A stretch of 64,000 nt of DNA. Origin: an uncultured Planctomycetaceae bacterium. Lineage in GTDB: Bacteria > Planctomycetota > Planctomycetia > Planctomycetales > Planctomycetaceae. A program made the translations under genes and the position numbers. Of the stretch, positions 31,103-39,836 are shown in pieces (within the stretch, counting starts at the first letter, position 1; every line of letters begins with the position of its first letter). The stretch spans positions 320,001-384,000 of the forward strand of contig CAWFGE010000008.1 of NCBI GenBank assembly GCA_963815195.1, in the 5' to 3' direction. The notes under the pieces are model-generated. The model saw only the letters and a program-made list of their open reading frames with translations, did not search any database and was not told the origin of the DNA.

Positions 31103-32571
31103 CCACCCCTTTCAACATGTTAGATTTTTGCTATAAGTCGCTTCTACAGGGATTGTTGTATCAAACCTTATGGAGGCGGCAAGGATGTGGCCCGACGCTG
31201 TGCTTGATCGTTTTGTGGAAGAATGTCCAGCGGCAGTGATGGTTCGAGCAACGCTCGAGAATCTTGTGTCGCCGGATCGACTGGATGAGATTTTCGCCGA
31301 CGCTTCGCAGAGACAATACGAGAAAGAATTGCTGTTTTCGCAAGTGGTGGCCCTGATGATGGGCGTGGCGACGCGGACGCACACGTCGGTCCATGCCGGG
31401 TACTTGGCCGCCAAGGAGCAACTGGCGGTTTCGCCGGCCGCACTTTATGGCAAGTTGAACCGTCTGGAACCCGGCCTTTCGGCGACGATGATCCGGGAAA
31501 CGAGCCAGGACGCGGCTCAAGTCATCGATGCCATGCCGGGAGCATGCCGCGAACTTTTGCCGGGCTATCACGTGCAGTATTTGGACGGGAATCATTTGGC
31601 GGCGACTGAGCATCGGCTGGCGGAATTGCGCGTCACGCGGGAAGGCCCTTTGCCGGGCCAGACCTTGGCGCTTCTGGACGCGCAGCGGGATCTGATTTCG
31701 GAACTGCTCCCGTGTGAAGACGGGCATGCTCAGGAACGTTCGCTTCTGCCGGAGCTTCTGGAATGGATCCGGGCCGAGACGGTGACAATCGCCGACCGGA
31801 ACTTCTGCACGACCAAGTTTCTGTTTGGAATTGTCAAGCAGTCGGCCTACTTTGTCATTCGCCAACACGCTTCGACACTCACCTGGAAACTCGTCGGTCG
31901 CCGGAAACGCATCGGACGCATCGAAACGGGTCTTGTTTTCGAGCAGTCGGCCGAGCTGTCCCAGGGTGAAGAGACGTTGCGAGTCCGGCGGATCACCATC
32001 CAATTGGATACGCCCACAGAGAATGGTGACACTGAGATTCACATCCTGACCAACTTGCCTGTCAAAGTCGCCAATGCGCGAAAAGTGGCTTTTCTGTATC
32101 GCAAGCGCTGGACGATTGAAGAAGCCTTCCAAACTCTGACCGAGGTGTTGCGCTGCGAAGTGGAGACGCTGGGCTACCCCAAGGCGGCGCTGTTCGCCTT
32201 CGCCACGGCGGTTTTGGCTTATAACACCTATGCCGTGGTGAAAGCGGCGCTGCGATCGGTTCACGGTGAAGAAACGATCGATGAAGAACTGTCGGACTAC
32301 CACCTGACGCAGGACGTGACTGCCACGACGGTGGGCATGAACATCGCCGTGGACGCGGAAATCTGGGAGGGCTATCAAATCATGCCACCTCGAAAACTCG
32401 CGATCGAGTTGGTGCGACTCGCGAAACGCATCGACCTGACGCGTTACCCCAAAAAGAAACGCGGGCCGAAAAAACCACAGCCTCGAAAAAAGAGCGGCAA
32501 ACGGAATCACCATATCTCCACCGCGCAACTCTGGCCAAATCCAGGGGTAAGTGACATGTTGAAAGGGGTGG
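31103..32571 (+). mobile_element. IS4-family insertion sequence
   Basis: Perfect 18-bp terminal inverted repeats CCACCCCTTTCAACATGT (31103-31120, 32554-32571); flanking direct repeat GTGCCGCTC; single DDE transposase. Confidence 0.9.
31170..32554 (+). CDS. IS4-family DDE transposase
   Basis: LDG, IADRNF, Y(RK)RWTIEEAF YREK-like motif; true stop probably TGA 32552-32554 after an indel near 32533. Confidence 0.85.
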
Positions 32572-32602
32572 GTGCCGCTCCCCTACATCCCGAGTTGTCA
32601 AA

Positions 32603-32692
32603 TAGCCCGGACCACGCTGCGGGCGCTGCCCGGAGTCGAACCCGATCCCAACCGAGTTTCGTAAACTCAGTGCCACATCCCGTGGACAGGCC
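32603..32692 (-). pseudogene. tRNA-Arg(ACG)-like gene with mini-element in the 3' T-stem
   Basis: CTGAGT-TT ACG AA-ACTCGG; TTCGACT loop; insert 32609-32631. Confidence 0.65.
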
Positions 32693-32701
32693 AGGTTGCA
32701 G

Positions 32702-32771
32702 TAGCCCGAAGTGGAGTCGAACCACTCAACCAACCTTCGGAGGGTTAGGGCCAGAATCCGCTGGCCGGGCC
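32702..32771 (-). tRNA. tRNA-Arg(CCG), atypical compact fold
   Basis: GGCCCGG/TCGGGCT; CTAACC-CT CCG AA-GGTTGG; AGTGG TTCGACT CCACT; 70 nt. Confidence 0.7.
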
Positions 32772-32810
32772 ATGATGGTGTTTTTGCTAGTGTTGTTGAA
32801 CTTGCCGAAG

Positions 32811-32883
32811 TACCCCGTAGGAGAATTGAACTCCTATCTGCGGATTGAAAGCCCGCGATCCTAAACCGTTAGACGAACGGGGC
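32811..32883 (-). tRNA. tRNA-Glu(TTC), first gene of the array
   Basis: GCCCCGT/ACGGGGT; GCGGG-CT TTC AA-TCCGC; AGGAG TTCAATT CTCCT. Confidence 0.9.
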
Positions 32884-32913
32884 AAGTTGAAGGTTTCGAT
32901 GTTTGAGGCGGCG

Positions 32914-32943
32914 AAAAAACCCGATGCCATTCGTGACACCGGG
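32914..32943 (-). terminator. Intrinsic terminator immediately upstream of the tRNA array
   Basis: CCCGGTGTCA-CGAA-TGGCATCGGG (10 bp including 2 GU pairs) followed by TTTTTT. Confidence 0.8.
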
Positions 32944-32976
32944 CTTCTGATGGTTCCACAGAAATGCCGCCGAGTG

Positions 32977-33078
32977 TCACAGACGCAGGGGACGCGCGGG
33001 CCGAATGTCCGCCGATTGGGGGGCGAGACGGCCATCGCGTTTGCGTTTTGAAGTGAGACTCGACCCCAAGGACATCAT
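32977..33078 (-). promoter_or_regulatory. Putative leader-peptide ORF of an attenuator (MMSLGSSLTSKRKRDGRLAPQSADIRPARPLRL*)
   Basis: AGGA/GGA purine-rich stretch before ATG; stop TGA lies within GTGACAC, which is complementary to the terminator 5' arm. Confidence 0.6.
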
Positions 33079-33293
33079 TTTTCCGGTTTCCTGTTTTTGG
33101 CCTCCGTGGGCCATTGGTTTGTTGTTCTGCCAGGATAGACGCCCACGCCGGGAGGAGGTTCGGATCTTTTTCGCGGCATGGGCTATTCCCTGTACGCGAT
33201 AACCATCGGCTTTATTCGCAAATGTCGGAGAAAAAAGGTGTCCCTCAAGTTCAGTACTTCCAAAAAAGCTCAGGAAATTGGTTTGGTTTTCAA

Positions 33294-33358
33294 GAGCCGC
33301 GCACGAAGTAAGCGGTTTCAGGGACTCAGACCGCAAGACCGCACTTCGTGCGCGGCTC
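33294..33358. repeat. REP-like inverted repeat; related half-copy at 39849-39870
   Basis: GAGCCGCGCACGAAGT ... ACTTCGTGCGCGGCTC; CCGCTTACTCTGTGCGCGGCTC at 39849. Confidence 0.75.
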
Positions 33359-33744
33359 AGGCCTTTCTTTTTTTGGAACGACTGAAGTTGAAAATCGCCT
33401 CGCATCAGACGCTTCCCCACCCGGCCGCTACCGCGTCCGACCTCCCAAGGGGAGGTGAAAGAGCACACAAGATATTCTTTAACACCATCGTAGTTGGCCC
33501 CCTCATTAGCCGGAAGAACCGGTTTTTGGTAATAAATAAGGCAGTGGCGACGAACTCGACCCGGCGCTGTCGTCCCGAAAGTGAAAGCACCGAGAGAAGG
33601 ATCCAAACTATGTCGAACTGGATGCGCTGGGCAGACAATCCGAACGCGATCGGCTGGCAGTTTGGCAATGTTGAACAGATCGAGTAAATCGAAAACAGGG
33701 TTCCGGTTTCGAGCCCCCCCCGATGCCATCGGCTTTGATCTCCC

Positions 33745-34974
33745 GTGCATATTTTGTTCGTCCATCAGAATTTCCCAGCTCAGTTCGGGCACATCGCCGC
33801 GCACTTGGTCCGCGAACAGGGATTTCGATGCACGTTTCTTTCGGAACGGCCGGGCGGATCCACCGCGGGGATCGAGCGGATTCAATACCAGACAGCGGGC
33901 GGCGCCACTGGGCGGACGCATTATTGCAGCCGGAAATTCGAGAACCAGGTCTGGCACTCGCGCGCCGCGTTCGAGGCCCTCAAAGCCCGGCCGGACATCC
34001 GGCCGGATCTCATCGTCGGCCATTCGGGGTTTCTGTCCACGCTTTATCTCCGCGAGCTCTACGATTGCCCGATCATCAATTACTTTGAGTATTTCTACCG
34101 CACGCGGAACTCGGATCTGGACTTCCGCAAAGACTTGCCTCCATGCAGCGAGCTGGACCGGCTCCGCGCCCGGACCCGCAACGCCATGCTGCTTTTGGAT
34201 CTGGAAAATTGCAATGCGGGATACGCCCCCACAAACTGGCAGCGGGATCGGTTGCCCGAGGTCTTTCATCCGAAGACGCGGGTGATTTTCGACGGCGTGG
34301 ACACCGCCGTTTGGCGGCGGCAGGAAACGGGGAATCGCAAAATCGGCGGGTGGGACTTGCCGGAGACCATGCGGGTCGTGACCTACGTGAGCCGGGGCCT
34401 GGAAGCGATGCGCGGCTTCGATGTGTTTATGAAGTTGGCCCATCGGTTGTGCGGTTTGCGGAAGGATGTTTTGTTTGTTGTCGTCGGTGAAGACCGCATC
34501 GCCTACGGAGGCGACCAGCGCTACACCGAAGGCAAAACGTTCAAGCAATGGGTTCTGTCCCAAGAGAACTACGATCTCAACAGAATCCTGTTCCTGGGCC
34601 GGCTGCCACCGCCGGAACTGGCAAAGCTGTTTTCCCTGAGCGACCTGCATATCTATTTGACCGCGCCGTTTGTGTTGTCGTGGTCGCTGATGGATGCTTT
34701 GGCCTGTGGAGCCACCGTCCTCGCGTCCGACGTGGGACCGGTGCGGGAGATGGTTCGGCACGAAGAAAACGGTCTGCTTGTCGATTTCTTCGATTTGGAG
34801 GCGATGGTCGATTTAGCCGGCCGGGTCTTGGATGATCCCGCGGCGTTTCGGCCGCTCGGTGTGCGTGGCACGGAAATGATCCGGGAACACTACAGTGTGG
34901 AACAATGTCTGCCCCAGATGCTCGCTCTCTACCGCGAAACCCTCGAACAATCCGGCCGCAGCGAAGAGGCTTGA
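33745..34974 (+). CDS. Glycosyltransferase family 4
   Basis: HILFVHQNFPAQF, SRGLEAMRGF, YLTAPFVLSWSLMDALACG, VLASDVGPVRE. Confidence 0.85.
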   Translation: MHILFVHQNFPAQFGHIAAHLVREQGFRCTFLSERPGGSTAGIERIQYQTAGGATGRTHYCSRKFENQVWHSRAAFEALKARPDIRPDLIVGHSGFLSTLYLRELYDCPIINYFEYFYRTRNSDLDFRKDLPPCSELDRLRARTRNAMLLLDLENCNAGYAPTNWQRDRLPEVFHPKTRVIFDGVDTAVWRRQETGNRKIGGWDLPETMRVVTYVSRGLEAMRGFDVFMKLAHRLCGLRKDVLFVVVGEDRIAYGGDQRYTEGKTFKQWVLSQENYDLNRILFLGRLPPPELAKLFSLSDLHIYLTAPFVLSWSLMDALACGATVLASDVGPVREMVRHEENGLLVDFFDLEAMVDLAGRVLDDPAAFRPLGVRGTEMIREHYSVEQCLPQMLALYRETLEQSGRSEEA

Positions 34975-35100
34975 GGAAAGTCTCGGTTGAGCGAAAGCTT
35001 GTCATACTGCCGGGCCGATTCCCGGTGTATAATTTTCGTCACGCGGATTTGAGTTGCTCTCAAATGGAAACAAATCGTTTTGGCGGAGATTTTTCGGCCG

Positions 35101-35802
35101 ATGCTACCCGGACTTTACGAGCGGATCCCCAGCCACGCCGACGGCGATCTGACGTTTTTTACGCACGTGCATCGAGATGCCGCGCGGCTGGAATGGATGC
35201 TCGGCCAACTCCGCGGGCATTATCCCGCTTCGCGCGTGATCGTGTGCTCGGACGGCGACCCGGATCCGCAGCTGGAAAAAATCGCGGACAATTCCGGGGC
35301 CGAGTTCCACCTGGGCGAGCGGCTGTATGCGATCGAATTCGGGGGCCGCATCATGCACCGCTTGCTGGAGTTGTTTTTCGAGCAACCGACGGCGTTCTTG
35401 TTCAAGATCGATCCCGACACGGGGGTTCATCGGAGGCTGGCCTGGCTGCCGCGGCATTCGGGCGTGTTCGGGACGCTGCAATCGAATCCTCTGTTGTGCT
35501 CGATCCAAGGCGGTTGCTGCGGGTTCAGCCGGGAGGCCGCCGAGCGGATGTTTTATTCCGAGGCGTTCTTATGTCGTTCGCTCGAGCACCCGGAAACGAC
35601 CTGGGCCGGCCACGAGCCGTTGCTCAAATACATGAAGCGGGTCGGACGGGTCTCGACGGATTGGCTTACGGGATACGTGGCGACCGTGCTCGGCATCCCG
35701 CAGTTCGGGTTTTCCGAAGTGCATGCAACGTGGGGAGGCCACGTTTCCAATCCGAACCTTCGCTACGCGATCACCCATCCCTGTAAGCCAATGCGTTTGT
35801 AA
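35101..35802 (+). CDS. Hypothetical protein, possibly GT-A-like
   Basis: VIVCSDGD and LFKIDPDT (DxD-like) motifs; lies between GT-related genes. Confidence 0.5.
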   Translation: MLPGLYERIPSHADGDLTFFTHVHRDAARLEWMLGQLRGHYPASRVIVCSDGDPDPQLEKIADNSGAEFHLGERLYAIEFGGRIMHRLLELFFEQPTAFLFKIDPDTGVHRRLAWLPRHSGVFGTLQSNPLLCSIQGGCCGFSREAAERMFYSEAFLCRSLEHPETTWAGHEPLLKYMKRVGRVSTDWLTGYVATVLGIPQFGFSEVHATWGGHVSNPNLRYAITHPCKPMRL

Positions 35803-35854
35803 TGCCGCGGATGATTTCACGCCCCTCTTCTCTTCAATTTCCGTAGAAACCGCC

Positions 35855-36734
35855 GTGCGCCTTTTATTCGCCATCCCGCATTTTTTTGATGCCCAACCTT
35901 CCCAGCGGCCGTTGCATGGCGCGAGCCGGGGCCGAAGCGAATCGCGACTTGCCGCGCTGACCGCTTCGGTGCGGGCGCTACACCAATTATTCGGCTCGGC
36001 GCAATTTATGATGCAGTTGGCCGAACGGCGAACGCGGCCGGCCAACGAACTGCTCCGGGCCGAGGTGCATGTCGTGATTTGCACGACCGGCGGCCAGCAC
36101 CTTTTGGACCGATTGCCTGTAGATCGGAACCTGTATTACCACCATCCGACCCATTCGGAACCGCCGCTGTTGGGTTACGAATGCCAGGCCGTGCTCCGCG
36201 ACCGCTGGGGGAATTACGACTATTACTGTTTTTTGGAAGACGATCTGATTCTCCACGACCCCTGGCTGTTTGCGAAACTCGCGTGGTTTTCGTCGCAGTG
36301 CGGACCGGAAGCCGTATTGTTGCCGAACCGCTTCGAGCGCGGAGCCGAGACGTTGGTCAACAAGGCCTACATCGACGGAGACCTGGCGGAGCGGGCGACG
36401 GCGGGCTTCCAGGATGTGACACAAAACGCCGAGTTTCGAGGCACCGCTTTGGGAGTGCCGGTGGTATTTCGCCGCCCGCTCAATCCGCATGCCGGTTGTT
36501 ATTTCCTCACGGCCGGCCAGATGGCGCACTGGATGAAGCAGCCGCATTTTCTGGACCGGTCGTCGGCGTTCGTCGGCCCATTGGAAAGTGCCGCGACCTT
36601 GGGCATCATGCGGCACGTTTCGCATTTATAAGCCAGCCCGCGAGAATGCGAGCTTTCTGGAAATCGAGCACTTCGGCGGCGGTTTCCTCAGCCAGCTCCG
36701 CCGCCCGGATCCGACCTCCAAAACAACATCCTAG
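35855..36734 (+). CDS. Hypothetical GT-A-like protein; frameshift near 36615
   Basis: YDYYCFLEDDL, LPNRFE, NPHAGCYFLT, FVGPLESAATLG; tail FRIYKPA...FLEIEH in another frame. Confidence 0.6.
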
Positions 36735-36907
36735 CCGCGGTTATTGTCAATCCGACATGGCCGATCGGTGTGTTGCCGGTTAGAATAATCCTTCCCTTCA
36801 ATAGATAGGCATTGGCTCAGGCGCGTGGATGAGTCGGCGGATTGCTTCGGTCCGGCGCGAGCCGAATGTAATCGACGGTTCGGTAATATCCAGGAGGTCA
36901 ACCAGTC

Positions 36908-39836
36908 ATGGCGAATCTTTCTGACGGACGTGACGCTGCGGGCAACGGGGACAATTCGTTGCCGAGGGTGTTGGACGAGTTTCGCCGGGCTTGGGAGCAG
37001 GCGCTCGATCGGTTCACACCGCCCAGTTTGGATTGGTTTCTCAATCAGACCGGGGAGCAAGATGGAGAATTGGCGGAGCGTCTTTCCGCTGTGGATTCCG
37101 AATATCGAAACCGGATCGGAACCGAGAGCCGGTCTTCGGCACAATCCCCCGCGCTAAATCCCACGGTGGTCGCTCCGGAAGAGGCTTTCGCGGGGATTTC
37201 CGAAGACGCGGCGTTTGCGGGGACGATCGACTGGGATCCTCCCGAAGAGGACATGGACCCCTCGAACAAACCGTTCGCCGCCACAGTGATTGGAGACACG
37301 GCGAACGCCGACAAAGATCAGACCGATCCGGCAACGGGGCAGGATTCCCATTCCCAAAAGTCCGGCCGGAAGGTTGCGGGCTATGAGATTCTGGACACGT
37401 TGGGCCGAGGCGGGATGGGCGTCGTTTATCGCGCCCGTCAAGTGGGATTGAACCGGCTGGTGGCGCTCGAAGATGATCCTGGGCGGAAGCCACGCGGCTC
37501 CTGAATATCTGGCGCGTTTCCAATCCGAGGCGGAAGCCGTCGCCCAACTTCAGCACCCGAATATCGTACAAATCTACGACATCGGCGTGCACGAGGGCCT
37601 GCCGTTTTTCTCGCTCGAACTGATCGACGGCCAATCTCTGGAAGCGGAACGGGCCAACCGTCCGATGGAGCCGATGCGGTCGGCGAACCTCATGGAGACT
37701 TTGGCCCGCGCGATGGGGTATGCCCACAGCCGGGGCATCGTGCACCGGGACCTCAAGCCCGCGAATGTGCTGTTGACCGCGGCGGGCGTGCCGAAGGTGA
37801 CGGACTTCGGCTTGGTGAAACGCCTCGAAGAGGAGGATTCCGGGCAGACGGCGACGGGCACCGTCATGGGCACGCCCAGTTACATGGCGCCGGAGCAAGC
37901 CTGGGGCAGCAAAGACGTCGGCCCGCTTGCCGATGTGTATTCGCTGGGGGCCGTGCTGTATGCGCTCATCACGGGCCGCCCGCCTTTTTTGGGGACGAAC
38001 GCGGCGGAGACGGTGATGCAACTTCGGCAAGAAGAGCCGGTCCCGCCGTCCCGCCTTCAGCCGAATCTGCCCCGGGACCTGGAAACCATCTGTCTCAAAT
38101 GTTTGCAGAAAGAACCCGAAAAACGCTACGCCAATGCCGAGGAACTCGCGGAGGATCTCAGACGGTTCCTGGCGAACGAACCGATCCTGGCCCGCCCCGT
38201 CAGCCGGGCCGAGCGCGCCTGGCGGTGGTGCCGGCGGAATCCGTATCTGGCGACTTCGGGCGGCATTGCGATCGCGCTGGCGGTCTGTTTGTTGATCGGC
38301 GGTCCGCTGGCGGCACTGCTCATCAACCACGAACGCGAAACCGCCGTCACCGCCCAGGGCCTCGCCGAAGCGAACGAACAGAAAGCCACGAAGAACGCCG
38401 GCCTCGCCCGGCAGCAGCGGGATTACGCGGTGTTGGCCTTTAATATGCTTGTCGAGCGCGTGCCGACCGATCTCAAAAACGTGCCGGGGACCAATAAGAT
38501 CAAACAGAATCTCATCCTCACGGCGATGAACGGGCTGACCAAAATCGAAACCGTCGGCGGCGAAGAAAGCAAGGACCTCGTGCTCGCCCGGCGCACACCA
38601 AGATGGGCGAAGCGCTGCTCGAAGTTGGGTCTCCTACAGAGGCCAACGAGCAATTCCTCAAATGCCACGCCATCCTGTTGAGACTCGCCAAAACCGAAAC
38701 CGCGACGCCCGACTCCACCCACCAGCTTCGGTTAGGGCGTTCCTCCCGCAATCTGGGCAAGGCCGCCGAGCGACTTGAAGGGGCTGAGAAGGCGTACGAG
38801 TTTTACGAGAAATCGCTCAAAGTCCGCCAAGCCGCGCTGGCGACCGCGAACGACCCTTTGCTCGTCAAGCAGGAACTCGCGGACAGTTACGGACACCTGG
38901 GCCGCACGGCCCTCGATTTGGGCCGGCCGCAAGACGCCGCTCGACGACGCCAACCAAAGCATCGCCTATCTGAAGGAGTGCCTCAAGAACCATGAGCACG
39001 ATGCCGATTTGCTCAGGCAGTTGGCCGGAGCGAAATCCTTGCTGGGGCATGCCCACATCAATCTCGGGCACCCCGCGAAAGCGGTCGAGGATTATCGAGG
39101 CGCTCTCCCCGTGTTGACCGAACTGGCCGAAAAGAACACGGCCGACATCACCGGCAAAACCAACCTGGCCCTGTGTTACAACGATCTGGGCACGGCCTGG
39201 TTGCTCTCCGGGAATGCGACCGCCGCGCGGGAAAACTGTGCAAAAGCGGTCCCGATGTTGGAAGATTTGTTCCGTAAAAACGGCGGCGGCACGAACGCCT
39301 ACCTGCTCCGGAAACTGGCGAAAGCCTACTACTGCCTGGGGACGGCTTGCCAGGAATTGAACGATCCCGAAACCGCCAAGCACCTGGAACGCAGCGCGAC
39401 GGCCCGGCGGGTTCTCTTCGAAAAAGCTCCCGAAGACCGAAGCGCCCGGCACGACTACATGCTCTCCTTGGCCCGGTACGGACAAATCGAGAAAGCGATC
39501 TCGCATGCCGATGAGGTCGCCCAGATCGCTCCCCCAAATGCCAATGCCCTCTACATGGTGGCTTGCACATACGCCCTTTCCGCGGCGGCGCGGGAACGGG
39601 CCGATCAAACAGAGACCGGGCCGTCGATTCCCTCGGCCGAAGAATTGCGCAAAAAAGCGATCGCAGCTCTCAAGGAAGCCGCCAGGCAAGGTTACCGCGC
39701 CACGGCGATGCTCAAGCTGGATCCCGACCTGGCCGGCGTCCGAAACGACGCTGACTTTCAAAAGCTCCTCAGCGAGCTGGAGGAAGGCCAGCCGACAGGC
39801 GAAAAAGTCTCGCAGAAATCTAGCGAAGAAAAGTAA
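36908..39836 (+). CDS. Ser/Thr kinase with TM and TPR region; split into 4 ORFs by indels (~37470, ~38597, ~38935)
   Basis: LGRGGMGVVY, HRDLKPANVL, DFGL, GTPSYMAPEQ, WRWCRRNP; TPR tail ending DPDLAGVR. Confidence 0.85.

Larger units (their letters stand above)
31042..32592 (-). pseudogene. tRNA-Pro(TGG) split by IS insertion (parts 31042-31102 and 32572-32592)
   Basis: Rejoining gives CGGGATG TA GGGG AGCGGCA CCCC A CGTGC CT TGG GA GCACG ... GCCGG TTCGAGT CCGGC CATCCCG A. Confidence 0.9.

Noticed and set aside
32555..32864. C-terminal extension of the transposase ORF to 32864
   Set aside because: It runs through the right IR and antisense tRNAs; a 1-bp indel near 32533 restores LAKSRGK-stop at the IR
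29593..32883. Regularly spaced GGAATCGAACC-like motifs resembling a CRISPR array
   Set aside because: They are tRNA T-arms on the minus strand; the units fold as cloverleaves and no cas genes are present
33178..33687. 169-aa + strand ORF upstream of the tRNA leader
   Set aside because: No recognisable motifs, crosses a REP palindrome and has atypical composition; probably an intergenic divergent promoter region
32977..34761. 594-aa minus-strand ORF
   Set aside because: Mostly the antisense shadow of the GT4 gene; only the last 33 codons are retained as a candidate leader peptide
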